DNA of 63,770 nucleotides, counting the filler. It is 5 parts of 5 records of this genome, joined end to end, with 100 filler letters (N's around TTAATTAATTAA, not from the genome) between each part and the next. Parts side by side here need not be neighbours in the genome. Positions count along the whole stretch, not along the records: positions 1 to 25,460 come from SRR20825019_1711; 4 more parts are not named here. The stretch is one strand, 5' to 3'. The stretch's first letter is position 1. Each line of letters opens with the position of its first letter. Shown here piece by piece: positions 1 through 10,513 of this stretch. A program made the position numbers and the translations under genes. The notes beneath the pieces were generated by a model. It did not search any database and was not told where the DNA came from. It saw only the letters and a program-made list of their open reading frames with translations.

Positions 1-45
1 TTCTTCCCAACAATATGGACATTGAAAAAAATGCTCGTACATGGC

Positions 46-1371
46 CTAAAAATCAATATTGAGCAGTTGACCACTAACTTGAAGCATTTGAAGTTCTGCC
101 AATTTTGCGTTGTATTTGGCTTGGCTCTTGGCCAACTCGGCATTCAATAAATTCAACTGGGCCTGTCGGAACTCTATGGAAGTTACCTGACCAAGTTTAT
201 ATCTTTCATCGGTACGGTTGAAGTTGTTCTGGTTGGTCTGCAAGTTTTTCTCCTGGACCTGTAAAACATAAAGCGCATTGGTATAACTGTCCCATGCATT
301 TCGGATATCCCTTTCTACCTCCAACTGGATCTGTTTTTTTGCAATCTCTTGATTCTGGTAGGCAATTTTGGCATTTTTTATCCCAGTGATGGTAGTTCCT
401 CCATCAAACAAATTCCAGGTAAGGTTCACGGTTCCCGTTACCCCTGTCGAGGTGTTTTGCAAGGCAAAGGCCAACGGACTGTTATTGCTGGACTCGTTCC
501 AACCATACGTTCCGGTAAGTCCAATGGTGGGCAAGTAGCCACTTTTGGCTATTCTGACGTCGTTGAGACCCATATTTATGTCCTTTTCCACAATTTGAAG
601 CCTAACATTGTTCATTTGGGCCTCATTGTACATATTTTCCATTTGAAGCCCAGGAACAAAAGTCACAGTAGTATCCGCAGCAAACTTAGCCGATAGGTCT
701 CGGTTAAGAATAAGGTTCAAGTCCCTCATTGTATTTCGAAGCTGCTGTTTGGAATTCAATAAATTGATGCTATCCGTATTGATATCCACTTCGGCATTCA
801 ACACATCCAGACCGGTATTCTGTCCAAACTCAAATTGGTACTGTGCCCTTTTGAGCCTATCCTTGGAAATCTCCAAGGCCTGTTCCAAAGTAGCCGTATT
901 CTCGGTAAGGCGGGCCGCTTCGTAATACACGGTGAACAATTGTAAAATAGTATTTTCAATGGTCTGTCTGACCTCCAATTCGGATTGTTCCGAGCGTTCC
1001 TGAAAGCTCTTATAATTGTAGTACCTCCCCAAGCCATCGAACAACGTATAATTCACATTCACAGCAGCGCTGTACCTTCGGGTCTCCGCCCCTTGAGCTG
1101 TCCTGGTATCCCCGTTGGCCAAAACCCCTTCCGAATTTTGCTTGTCTATACTACCGCTGGCATTCCCCGTAACCGAAGGCAAGTAGCCCGAATTTAGAAT
1201 ATCTGCGTTGTTCTCATCAATTAACCTGGTATTTCTAGCGACCTTGATATCCAAATTGTTTTCCAAAATAAGGTTGATCGCCTCCTGCTTGGTAAGCACC
1301 TCATCTTGCGCACTTGCGGAAAGGCCAAGAAATATCAAAATTAGGGGTAGTCTATAAAAAAAGCTTTTCAT
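46..1371 (-). CDS. TolC-family outer membrane efflux protein
   Basis: 441 aa with signal peptide, OEP repeats (GYLPSVTG, GYLPTIGL, LTWNLFDGG, ERYKLGQVTSIEF); last gene of an MFP-RND-OMF operon, 1-nt overlap with the RND gene. Confidence 0.92.
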   Translation of the reverse strand: MKSFFYRLPLILIFLGLSASAQDEVLTKQEAINLILENNLDIKVARNTRLIDENNADILNSGYLPSVTGNASGSIDKQNSEGVLANGDTRTAQGAETRRYSAAVNVNYTLFDGLGRYYNYKSFQERSEQSELEVRQTIENTILQLFTVYYEAARLTENTATLEQALEISKDRLKRAQYQFEFGQNTGLDVLNAEVDINTDSINLLNSKQQLRNTMRDLNLILNRDLSAKFAADTTVTFVPGLQMENMYNEAQMNNVRLQIVEKDINMGLNDVRIAKSGYLPTIGLTGTYGWNESSNNSPLAFALQNTSTGVTGTVNLTWNLFDGGTTITGIKNAKIAYQNQEIAKKQIQLEVERDIRNAWDSYTNALYVLQVQEKNLQTNQNNFNRTDERYKLGQVTSIEFRQAQLNLLNAELAKSQAKYNAKLAELQMLQVSGQLLNIDF

Positions 1372-4300
1372 TATCTGGTCTCTTCTGCAACGTTTGGGGT
1401 TTCTTCTCCGTTTTGCGGCATATTGCTGTTGTCACTTCCGTTCAGGCTTACACTATTTGAGTACATCTCTTCTTCTTCATGCTGTTCGCGAATGGCTCGT
1501 TCTACTTCCTCTGGTGTAACCTCTTCGCCTGTCCATAAGCGTTTTGTCAGCACTTTGACATTGTTTCCAAAGGAAAGTAGCAATGGTAGCATGAGCAACG
1601 TTAAAATAGTGGCAAAGGCAATTCCATAGGCAATGGAAATGGCCATTGGCTTTAAGAACTGTGCTTGGCGGCTCTTTTCCAAAAGTAAGGGTGCTAAACC
1701 GGCAATAGTGGTTACCGATGTCAAGAAGATGGCCCTAAAACGTGAACGACCAGCTTCATAAATGGCATCATCGAACTTCATTCCATTTCTTAGATTGATG
1801 TTGAACTTGCCAATGAGCACCAATCCATCGTTTACCATAATACCTATCAGTGCGATAATTCCCAACATGGAAAGAATATTGATCGGGAAACCGTGCAACC
1901 AATGTCCCCATGCCACCGCTGTTAAACTGAAGGGCACCATAAAAATCAACAATAAAGGTTGACTAATACTTCTAAAGGTGAAGGCTATGGTTATAAAAAT
2001 GAGGAACAATACAATTGGACCCACAAATCCAAGTGAACCAATTAGTTTGTTGGCCTCCCTGTTCTGTCCTTCATAAGATGGGCTTATGGTTGGATATTTT
2101 GCCAGAATATCGGGCAATACCTCGTTACGTATCCACAACATGGCATCTGTTCCACTGGTGGTCTCGGGATCCGTTAAATCGGAAGACACCTGAATTTCCC
2201 TTCTACCTTCCAAATGGTTGATGGCCACATCTCCTCTTTCAATGGTATACGTAGCTATTTCCTTTAATGGAATCCGGTCACCGCTTGGGGCCAAGATTCG
2301 CATCTCGTCCAAATCGGAAATTGATGATCTGTTCTCCCTATCATATCGTACCCAAACCCTTATTTCATCCTGTCCTCTTTGGAAACGCTGCGCCTGTGCG
2401 CCGAAGAATCCGCCACGAACCTGGTTCATTACCGTACGAAGGTCTAACCCGAGCGAATATGCATTTTCCTTAAGCTGCAATCGTATCTCTTTGATTCCGG
2501 CCGGGTCATTGTCCGTTACGTCCTTTAGATTGGAATTGGCTTCCATAGCTTGTTTAAGCTCCATTTTGGCCGCCTTTAGCTCTTCTATATTGTTACCCAA
2601 CAAGGAAACTGATACAGGATTTCCTCCAAAGTTACCTCCTGAACCATAAATCAAGCTTTCCACTCCAATTACCGGGCCTACGAGCTCACGAAGTCTTGTG
2701 GTCACCATATCGGCACGTATCCCATCCGGCCTTTCCTCTCCGGGCAGGAGGTTGATTTCCAATGTTGCCGTGGATGAACCGGGGCCAAGGTTTTTTATCA
2801 TATTCACAAAGAGCATTTTGTCCATGCCCTGCAAATATTCATCTGTCAATTCTTGGTTTACGATATGTGCCTTTTCTTGAATAAGACTGATAATGGAATC
2901 GGTAACCTTTTCATTGGTGCCGTTGGGCATAGTCAGGTCTATGGAGACCTGATCACTGGCAATTCTTGGAAAAAATGCAGTTCGGATAATTCCTCCTCCA
3001 ATGGAGCCCAGCGTTAAGACCAAAGCCATAAAGAAAAGGGCAAAGGTCAAAAACTTGTAGTTCAGCATAAAATGGAGGGCCGGGCTGTACCACTTATCAC
3101 GCATATAGTTCATTATCCGGTCACCAATCTTATTGATGACGCGTAGCTCGGCAAATACCTTGGCAATGCCTGTTTTGGGTTTATCACTTTGTGGGTGCAA
3201 GGCTTTTGAATGTGCCAAGTGAGCGGGCAATATAATCAACGCTTCTACTAAGGAAACTACCAAAGTGAGAATCACTATAACAGAAACCTCACTAAAGAAT
3301 TCCCCAATTCTACTATCAAGGAACAAGAAAATGGAAAATGCCAATATGGTAGTGATGATAGCCGAAATAATGGGTGGTATCACCTCCATGGTCCCATCCA
3401 AGGCGGCTTGCACGGGTGATTTTCCATCTTCGTAATGTTGATAGATATTCTCTGCGATCACGATTCCATCATCCACCAGAATACCGATTACAATAATCAT
3501 CCCGAAAAGGGATAGTACATTGATGGTGACATTGAACATGGGGGCAAAAACAAACATTCCCAAGAATGCAATGGGAAGACCAAAGGCTACCCAGAATGCC
3601 AATCTTGTATTCAAGAAGAGGGATAGAAACACCAATACCAAAATCATCCCCACAATGGCGTTCTCGGTCAAGAGTTCAGTCCGTTGGGTCAAGGTGGTGG
3701 AACGGTCATCGATTACATCCAACCGTACATTGGTATATTTTTCGTTGAAATCGCCGATATATTGTCGGACGTTTTCAGCAGAGCCCATGAGGTCTTCTGT
3801 ATTGGTACTTGTTATGGTAACATTTACGGCAAGTTCACCATTAAAATATGAAGCGTTGGGCGTTTCGGAAAATCTATCCCGAATAACGGCAACATCCCTT
3901 AAACGCACTGCACGTCCAGCAGCATCGCCCCGGATTACAATATTGGAAAGTTCATCACCATAATACGAACGATTGTTGGCCCTGATCAGGTATTCTTCGG
4001 TCACGGTCTTAATGTTCCCTCCCGTTACCAAAATATTGGCATTGGAAACGGCTTGTGCCACATCTGTAAAAGATAGATTGTACGCTAAAAGACTGTTTTC
4101 ATCTACGGCAATCTCAATTTCTTCGTCCGGATAGCCGTCGATTTGTATTTGGGATATCCCATCAATGGCGCGTAAATCGTTCTCTATTTGACGTGCAATT
4201 TGCTTCAGTGTCGCCAATGGAATATCTTTTCCGCTTACGGCAAAACTGATAGTAGGCCTTACAGGTTCTTGCTTGGCAACAATCAAAGGTTCCATACCGG

Positions 4301-4661
4301 TTGGGAAAGTAGGTACTCGGTCCACTGCATTTTTCACCTCCAATAGCATGAAATCCACATTTCTTTCCTTCTCGATCTCCACATTGATAGTACCGCTGTT
4401 CTCCCTTGAAGTGGAAGTTACCCGCTCCACTCCTTCGAGTCCTTTTAGGTTGTCCTCAATTTTGAGGACAATACCCTCCTCTATTTCTTGTGGAGACGCG
4501 CCCGGATAAGCAATGGTAATGGTAATGTTCCTAGCTTCATTGAGTGGAAAAAATGATGATTTTAAGGAAAGAATCCCTACGACCCCAAAAACAAAAAATG
4601 CCAAAATAAAGACATTGACTGCCATGTGGTATTTAATAAAATACGAGATGAGATTTCTCAT
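1371..4661 (-). CDS. AcrB/AcrD/AcrF-family RND efflux transporter permease
   Basis: 1096 aa; YPGASPQEIEE, TM4 GILVDDGIVIAENI proton-relay motif, RFRAIFLTSVTTIAGLAPL. Confidence 0.95.
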   Translation of the reverse strand: MRNLISYFIKYHMAVNVFILAFFVFGVVGILSLKSSFFPLNEARNITITIAYPGASPQEIEEGIVLKIEDNLKGLEGVERVTSTSRENSGTINVEIEKERNVDFMLLEVKNAVDRVPTFPTGMEPLIVAKQEPVRPTISFAVSGKDIPLATLKQIARQIENDLRAIDGISQIQIDGYPDEEIEIAVDENSLLAYNLSFTDVAQAVSNANILVTGGNIKTVTEEYLIRANNRSYYGDELSNIVIRGDAAGRAVRLRDVAVIRDRFSETPNASYFNGELAVNVTITSTNTEDLMGSAENVRQYIGDFNEKYTNVRLDVIDDRSTTLTQRTELLTENAIVGMILVLVFLSLFLNTRLAFWVAFGLPIAFLGMFVFAPMFNVTINVLSLFGMIIVIGILVDDGIVIAENIYQHYEDGKSPVQAALDGTMEVIPPIISAIITTILAFSIFLFLDSRIGEFFSEVSVIVILTLVVSLVEALIILPAHLAHSKALHPQSDKPKTGIAKVFAELRVINKIGDRIMNYMRDKWYSPALHFMLNYKFLTFALFFMALVLTLGSIGGGIIRTAFFPRIASDQVSIDLTMPNGTNEKVTDSIISLIQEKAHIVNQELTDEYLQGMDKMLFVNMIKNLGPGSSTATLEINLLPGEERPDGIRADMVTTRLRELVGPVIGVESLIYGSGGNFGGNPVSVSLLGNNIEELKAAKMELKQAMEANSNLKDVTDNDPAGIKEIRLQLKENAYSLGLDLRTVMNQVRGGFFGAQAQRFQRGQDEIRVWVRYDRENRSSISDLDEMRILAPSGDRIPLKEIATYTIERGDVAINHLEGRREIQVSSDLTDPETTSGTDAMLWIRNEVLPDILAKYPTISPSYEGQNREANKLIGSLGFVGPIVLFLIFITIAFTFRSISQPLLLIFMVPFSLTAVAWGHWLHGFPINILSMLGIIALIGIMVNDGLVLIGKFNINLRNGMKFDDAIYEAGRSRFRAIFLTSVTTIAGLAPLLLEKSRQAQFLKPMAISIAYGIAFATILTLLMLPLLLSFGNNVKVLTKRLWTGEEVTPEEVERAIREQHEEEEMYSNSVSLNGSDNSNMPQNGEETPNVAEETR

Positions 4662-4672
4662 GGCGGGGGTTT

Positions 4673-5794
4673 TTATGATTTACTTTCGTCAAAAGTGCGC
4701 ACCAACATACCAGCATAGGCACCAGTAATCGGTTTGGCCACGATCACTTCACCGTCAGGAACATTCTTGAGCACAACGGTCTTATCCGTAAAAAACACAG
4801 GGTTAACATCCATTAGGTCCAAAATGGAGTCCCGTACCACAAAAATTTGATTGTTTTCCAATAATAGTGATCTATTGATCTCAATGGCGTTGGGTTCTTC
4901 CTTGGCCTCGAGATTGGCCTCGAGATATTGGCCTTCTTTCAAATTATCACCTTTGACCTCTATGTACACCATTATGGTCTGTGAATTTTGGTCTACACTA
5001 CTATTTACGCGTGTGACCTCTCCCATGTAGGTCTGGGTCTTTTCTAAATTACTGAGTTCTACCTTACGGCCCACTCTTAAGAAATCCCCGTAGGTTTTGC
5101 TTACGGATACTCCCAATTCATATAATCCAGTATCAATAAACTCCCCTAGTTTTTGTCCCGATCTCACCAAAGTCCCTTCAGTGACCAAAGCCTCGGTCAA
5201 TACTCCTGTAAATGGGGCTGTTATGGCATATTTGGACAAACGCTGTTCCAAATTCTTGACATTGTAATATGTTGTGATGATTTCCCTTCCAGTTATAAAA
5301 AACTTTTCTTTTTCGGAATCCAATTTTGGAAGTTCCGGTGTGGTCTTCTCCAAATCGAACTCGTTGAGATATTGCTGCCATTTAGGGTAGATCTCTGGAT
5401 AATCCAGTCTAAGGTCCGGCATTATGGAAGTAAGCAAATTGTACAGATTACTTTTGGCTGATTGTACAGTGGCATAATACTCGCTAGCGTCTATTCTGAT
5501 AAGTGTTTGGCCAGCGGCATATTCCTGCCCAGTCCGGAACAATTTACTTCCCGGCCTAAAAACGCCCTGTACTTCGGAGTAAAGTTCGACTCTCTTTTTG
5601 GCTTGAAGATTTCCATTTGCGGGAACCATTATAGGTACGGTGGTATTCTGAACTGTATCTACAAAGACTGTCTTAACTATTTTTTGTGATGGCGGTCTTT
5701 TATTTTCTTTGCTGTCGGCGATCAAGCCGGCAAAATATAGGGAGGCAAAAATAATTATACCTCCAAGAACAGCCGATATTATTAGCTTTCGCAT
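4673..5794 (-). CDS. RND efflux membrane fusion (periplasmic adaptor) protein
   Basis: N-terminal TM anchor, lipoyl half-motifs (YSEVQG, ITAPFTGV...VTEGTLVRSGQKL); directly upstream of the RND gene. Confidence 0.92.
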   Translation of the reverse strand: MRKLIISAVLGGIIIFASLYFAGLIADSKENKRPPSQKIVKTVFVDTVQNTTVPIMVPANGNLQAKKRVELYSEVQGVFRPGSKLFRTGQEYAAGQTLIRIDASEYYATVQSAKSNLYNLLTSIMPDLRLDYPEIYPKWQQYLNEFDLEKTTPELPKLDSEKEKFFITGREIITTYYNVKNLEQRLSKYAITAPFTGVLTEALVTEGTLVRSGQKLGEFIDTGLYELGVSVSKTYGDFLRVGRKVELSNLEKTQTYMGEVTRVNSSVDQNSQTIMVYIEVKGDNLKEGQYLEANLEAKEEPNAIEINRSLLLENNQIFVVRDSILDLMDVNPVFFTDKTVVLKNVPDGEVIVAKPITGAYAGMLVRTFDESKS

Positions 5795-5816
5795 GCGCTA
5801 GTTGGTTTAGTCGGTG

Positions 5817-5824
5817 CAAATCTA
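5817..5824 (-). promoter_or_regulatory. Bacteroidetes sigma-A -7 element (TAGATTTG) for the efflux operon
   Basis: Matches the TAnnTTTG consensus ~22 nt upstream of the MFP start. Confidence 0.55.
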
Positions 5825-5883
5825 TCCCCTACATTTTTTACAATGGTTAAATATTTCATAAAATCTATCGAAAATTTTGTCAC

Positions 5884-5913
5884 AAAAAAAAGGGGATACA
5901 CGCCTGTATCCCC
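5884..5913 (-). terminator. Intrinsic terminator after the LRR gene
   Basis: GGGGATACA-cgcc-TGTATCCCC hairpin followed by an 8-U tract on the minus strand. Confidence 0.85.
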
Positions 5914-5940
5914 AAACCAAACAAACTAAAGTAATACTAA

Positions 5941-6828
5941 CTACTCGTTTTCGTTTTCGTCCTCGAATTTGGTATCTGCCATTCGAGTACGGTCTATTTT
6001 AATTTCATTGAATTTCGGATTCAAAGTCTTATCATCGGAGTCAAAAACCAAAAACTGGTCGGAGTCCATTCCATGCAGGACATTTAAAGAATTGAACCTA
6101 TTATTTTGAAGTTGCAATATTTTTAAACTAGCCAATTGTCCAAATTCGGCAGGAATCTCGCCACCCAGTTGGTTGTTGGATAAAACCAGCTCTTTCAGTT
6201 GGACCAAATTCCCAATTTCCGCAGGTATCTGTCCCTCCAATTTGTTCTCAAAAAGACCCAAAGCCTCCAAGTTTGAAAGGTTACCAATGGATTTGGGTAT
6301 GTCTCCTTTTAGATTATTACTGGATAAATTGAGCTCTTTCAAATTTTTAAGCTCTCCAAAGCTTTCAGGTATAGTTCCTGTTAAAAAATTATTGAACATG
6401 GAAAAAATTTCCAACTGTTTAAGATGCCCTACCCCTTCAGGAATTTCTCCTTTGATCCTATTCATCTCCAAACGCAACGTTTTGAGCTTCTCCAATTTGA
6501 CCAAATCTTTGGGAAGTACACCTGTAATTTGGTTAAAGGCCAAGTTTAAAGTGGAAATATGCTTAAGGTCGCCCAAACTTTCGGGCAGGGTACCATTTAA
6601 ATTATTCATAAATAAGGTAAGCCCAATCACATGTCCCTGATTGATTTCCACACCTTTCCATGTGTTGACAGGAGCATTTAGATCCCAAGATGAGTTCCAT
6701 TCCTTGCCATTGGTACTGTTGTAAAGGTCTACCAATGCAGATTTTTCCTTGGGGGAAACCTGTCCATTGGCCAACGATATACCAGCTGAGGACATCAAAC
6801 AAAAGAGAAAAATCGTAATACGAAGCAT
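5941..6828 (-). CDS. Secreted leucine-rich repeat protein (plant-type LRR)
   Basis: Signal peptide, LRR N-cap (ALVDLYNSTNGKEW...W), ~7 repeats of 24 aa LxLxxNxLxGxIPxxxGxLxxL. Confidence 0.88.
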   Translation of the reverse strand: MLRITIFLFCLMSSAGISLANGQVSPKEKSALVDLYNSTNGKEWNSSWDLNAPVNTWKGVEINQGHVIGLTLFMNNLNGTLPESLGDLKHISTLNLAFNQITGVLPKDLVKLEKLKTLRLEMNRIKGEIPEGVGHLKQLEIFSMFNNFLTGTIPESFGELKNLKELNLSSNNLKGDIPKSIGNLSNLEALGLFENKLEGQIPAEIGNLVQLKELVLSNNQLGGEIPAEFGQLASLKILQLQNNRFNSLNVLHGMDSDQFLVFDSDDKTLNPKFNEIKIDRTRMADTKFEDENENE

Positions 6829-6963
6829 TATTTCTTATTTAGTTGTAGGAAATTTACATACAAAATAATAAAAATGAGAAACATCTTACAAGTTTTATCG
6901 ATAAACTAACAGCTATATGTTGTGAATTTGCGAAAAAACGTTGTAAGAAAGCGGTGATTTCTC

Positions 6964-8877
6964 TTAATCCAATGTTTCTAGTTCATGCGAGAGGGTTTCC
7001 CAATCTTCCATAAGGCCTTCCAATTCCTTCTTTTTCCCTTCGTATTTGTCAAAAAAGTTTGGTTTGGCAATGGTGGTATCGTAATCCATAAGAAGGTCGT
7101 GGTCAATATTCGCAATTTCCTTTTCCAATTGCGAGATCCTCTTCTCTACTCCGCTGAGTCGATTCTTCAATGACTTTTGCTTTTTCTGAGTATGGTAGTC
7201 ACTTTCCTTTGATTTTTCCTGAGTTTTTTCCTCTTTCTTTTGATCTCCTTTTTCAACACTTCGGAAATCATCCATTTTACGCTGTTCCAAGTAAAAATCG
7301 ATATCGCCCAAATACTCCTTGATTCCCCCTTCCTTGAATTCGTAAACCCTATCCGTCAATCCCTGAAGAAAATCACGGTCGTGAGATACCAATATCAGTG
7401 TACCTTCAAAACTTTGCAAAGCTTGTTTCAGTACATTCTTGGATTTTATGTCCAAGTGGTTGGTAGGTTCATCCATTACCAGCACATTAAAGGGCTGCAA
7501 CAACATCTTTGCCAATGCCAAGCGATTCCTTTCACCTCCTGACAACACTTTTACATACTTGTCCACATCATCGCCCCTGAACAAAAATGAGCCAAGGATG
7601 TCCCTTACTTTACTCCGATTGCTCTCGTTGGCCGCATCGATCATGGTATCCAAAATGGTTTTGCTGCCATCCAGATACTCAGCTTGGTTCTGGGCAAAAT
7701 ACCCTAGCTGCACGTTGTGTCCGATTTTTAGGTTTCCATCATGGTCAAGTTCTCCGACCATGATCTTGGCCAAAGTAGTCTTACCCTGTCCGTTTTGGCC
7801 TACGAAAGCTGTTTTGCTCCCTCTTTCTACCAAAAGGTCAATATCCTCTAATACTCTTTTAGAACCGTAGCTTTTTGAAACGCCATCCAATTCAGCGATT
7901 ACTTTACCAGGATTTATGGAAACAGGGAAGCGCAAGTTCATTACGCTGTTATCCTCTTCATCCACTTCGATTCGCTCCATTTTATCCAGCTTCTTGATCA
8001 AGGATTGCGCCATGGAAGCCTTACTGGACTTGGCCCTAAACTTTTCTATCAACCTTTCGGTCTGCTGAATTTGTTTTTCCTGGTTTTTCTGGGCACTCAA
8101 TTGTTGTTCCTTGATTTCCTTGCGATGTACCAAAAATTGTGAATAGGGCTTACTGTAATCATATATCCTGCCCAAAGAAATCTCGATGGTTCGGTTGGTC
8201 ACATTATCCAGAAACATTTTATCGTGGGAAACGATCACTACTGCTCCGGTAAAGTTCCTTAAAAATTGTTCCAGCCAGATGATGGACTCAATATCCAAGT
8301 GGTTCGTTGGCTCATCGAGCAGGAGTACATCATTGCTTTGGAGCAACAATTTGGCAAGTTCGATACGCATACGCCAACCACCAGAAAATGTATCGGTGAG
8401 CTTGTTGAAATCTTCCCGCTTAAAACCTAGTCCAAGAAGTACCTTCTCCGTATCTCCCTGATAGTTGTAACCGCCCAATATTTCATATCGATGGGTAACA
8501 TCGTTAAGATCTACCATTAATTGGTGATAGCCTTCGCTTTCATAATCTGTACGTTCGGCCAAAGCCGTATTGATCTCGTCCAACTTCAGCTCCATCTCCT
8601 TGATCTCTGAAAATGCCTGATAGGATTCTTCCAGCACGGTTCTACCTTCCTCAAAATCGATATCCTGTTTTAGAAACCCAATTTTGACATTTTTTTCGGT
8701 AGCTATGGCACCTTCGTCCAAGGACATTTCCTTGGCCAAGAGTTTGAGCATGGTTGATTTTCCGGCACCGTTCTTTCCGATAAGCCCTACCCTGTCGCCC
8801 CCATTGAGACGAAAAGATATTTCCTCGAACAGATATTCCCCTCCAAAGGCTACGGATAGATTATGAATATTTAGCAT
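6964..8877 (-). CDS. ABC-F family ATP-binding cassette protein
   Basis: Two ABC domains (GKNGAGKS/FSGGW/LLLDEPTNHLD; GQNGQGKT/LSGGE/MDEPTNHLD), no TM segments, C-terminal coiled coil. Confidence 0.95.
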   Translation of the reverse strand: MLNIHNLSVAFGGEYLFEEISFRLNGGDRVGLIGKNGAGKSTMLKLLAKEMSLDEGAIATEKNVKIGFLKQDIDFEEGRTVLEESYQAFSEIKEMELKLDEINTALAERTDYESEGYHQLMVDLNDVTHRYEILGGYNYQGDTEKVLLGLGFKREDFNKLTDTFSGGWRMRIELAKLLLQSNDVLLLDEPTNHLDIESIIWLEQFLRNFTGAVVIVSHDKMFLDNVTNRTIEISLGRIYDYSKPYSQFLVHRKEIKEQQLSAQKNQEKQIQQTERLIEKFRAKSSKASMAQSLIKKLDKMERIEVDEEDNSVMNLRFPVSINPGKVIAELDGVSKSYGSKRVLEDIDLLVERGSKTAFVGQNGQGKTTLAKIMVGELDHDGNLKIGHNVQLGYFAQNQAEYLDGSKTILDTMIDAANESNRSKVRDILGSFLFRGDDVDKYVKVLSGGERNRLALAKMLLQPFNVLVMDEPTNHLDIKSKNVLKQALQSFEGTLILVSHDRDFLQGLTDRVYEFKEGGIKEYLGDIDFYLEQRKMDDFRSVEKGDQKKEEKTQEKSKESDYHTQKKQKSLKNRLSGVEKRISQLEKEIANIDHDLLMDYDTTIAKPNFFDKYEGKKKELEGLMEDWETLSHELETLD

Positions 8878-8942
8878 TATATGTGACCTTGATTACAAAA
8901 CATTAATTGGCGAATGTATACTTTTGTACAAAAGCCGTGCAA

Positions 8943-9338
8943 ATGTTAAAAAAAGGAACCAAAATGTACAGCATTTTAACAGGAAACTGTCCAAGGTGCC
9001 AAGAAGAGAGTATGTATGAGAAATCCAACCCCTATGCTCTTTCCAAAATCTTCAGTATGAACGAAAGGTGTTCACATTGCGGTTTAAAATACAAGATTGA
9101 GCCTTCATTTTTTTACGGGGCGATGTATGTCAGCTATGCTGTCGGCATTGCTTTTGCCGTAGCCGCCTTTGTGATTTCATTCTTGTTTCTGGACGCTTCA
9201 TTACCCACGACTTTTATTGCCATTGTGGGCACTTTAGTGGTTTTTATGCCGGTCATAATTAGACTTTCCAGAAATATTTGGATCAATCTTTTTGTGAAGT
9301 ATGATGCAACCTCTGTTAAAAAGCACGAAACCGCATAA
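8943..9338 (+). CDS. DUF983-family membrane protein with Zn-ribbon
   Basis: CPRC...CSHC, EPSFFYGAMYVSY and two TM helices; ATG 8943 chosen downstream of a TACTTTTG -7 box at 8919-8926. Confidence 0.8.
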   Translation: MLKKGTKMYSILTGNCPRCQEESMYEKSNPYALSKIFSMNERCSHCGLKYKIEPSFFYGAMYVSYAVGIAFAVAAFVISFLFLDASLPTTFIAIVGTLVVFMPVIIRLSRNIWINLFVKYDATSVKKHETA

Positions 9339-9340
9339 AG

Positions 9341-10396
9341 CTATTTTGAGTAGTATTTTTTAGTAAATCGTTGAATATCCATTTCTGGGTCGAGCTCGGA
9401 TTCTTTTTCTATGTAATCAAAAAGTTGTTTGGAAGCGTACGGTCCGATCATTACTCCTCTCGAACCAAAACCGTTCAACACATAAAGGTTTTTATGCTCT
9501 GGATGCCTTCCCACCAATGGCCTACGGTCTACAACCGTTGGTCTAATACCCGCTACATGATCCACAACCTCAAAATCACACTTTAAAAAGGTTGTCAACT
9601 TTTCCAAAAGCTCATTTTTGGATTCTTCTGTGGGTATATTGGTCTTGTCCTTCCACTTGTAGGTAGCGCCGACCAAATATCTATCATTTTCCATGGGAAT
9701 GGTAAAAACGGACGATTTTATAACGTTGTTCTCTCGATATTCCGGGGCGTGGATGATAAGCAATTCCCCTTTGGTCCCGTTCAAGGGCAGATATCCAAAG
9801 TATGGGTCCTGTTTGAGTCCAAAACCACAGGCGAACACGAGATTCTTTGCCGTTTCATTGTTGTACGATACGGTTTCGTTTGTAATTGAAATTGCATCAA
9901 AATCCAGAGACTCTTCTAAAAGCAAATCACGTTTCTTGAGATAATTGCTGTACGACCTCACCAAAGCGGCAGTATCAATTCTACCTGTATATTTTACTTC
10001 TCCGAAACCATACGGAGCGTCAATGGCGGGATTGTTATTGGGGAGCACTTTAGTGGACAGAAAATAATCCAGATCTGGACGGTCGGATACCTCAAACCAT
10101 AGGTTTTGCTCTTCAATAGAGGCGAATTTTCGAAGCACTGGAAGCTCATACTCGATACTGGTCCCTATTTTTTTTTCTATTTTTTGATAAAACGGTTTTG
10201 CTACTTCCAATTGCATTTTGGCCTTCCACGCCATGGTAAACCGCTTCAAAATAACTGGATTGTACAAGCCCCCGGCAACTTGTGATGCTTGCTGGGAGTC
10301 ATCGGAGATTACCTTAAAGGTTTTTCCATTTTCCTCCAGAACCTCACAAAAAGTGATTCCCGCCAAACCCAGACCTACAACTAAATAATCAACCAT
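9341..10396 (-). CDS. FAD-dependent oxidoreductase (DAO/glycine oxidase-like)
   Basis: GLGLAG dinucleotide fold, AGIRPTVVDRRPLVG, NGFGSRG. Confidence 0.88.
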   Translation of the reverse strand: MVDYLVVGLGLAGITFCEVLEENGKTFKVISDDSQQASQVAGGLYNPVILKRFTMAWKAKMQLEVAKPFYQKIEKKIGTSIEYELPVLRKFASIEEQNLWFEVSDRPDLDYFLSTKVLPNNNPAIDAPYGFGEVKYTGRIDTAALVRSYSNYLKKRDLLLEESLDFDAISITNETVSYNNETAKNLVFACGFGLKQDPYFGYLPLNGTKGELLIIHAPEYRENNVIKSSVFTIPMENDRYLVGATYKWKDKTNIPTEESKNELLEKLTTFLKCDFEVVDHVAGIRPTVVDRRPLVGRHPEHKNLYVLNGFGSRGVMIGPYASKQLFDYIEKESELDPEMDIQRFTKKYYSK

Positions 10397-10451
10397 ACCA
10401 CAAAATTAAGCAACTGAACGAGTCCTTGGCATTTTCATTTGACTTTAAAAC

Positions 10452-10481
10452 AAAAAAACGCCGCACTAGGTGCGGCGTTTT
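10452..10481 (-). terminator. Intrinsic terminator of the gldKLMN operon
   Basis: AAAACGCCGCAC-tag-GTGCGGCGTTTT hairpin with U tract downstream of gldN. Confidence 0.85.
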
Positions 10482-10513
10482 ACTGTATTGAATTGGAAAT
10501 ATTCTATGAACGT

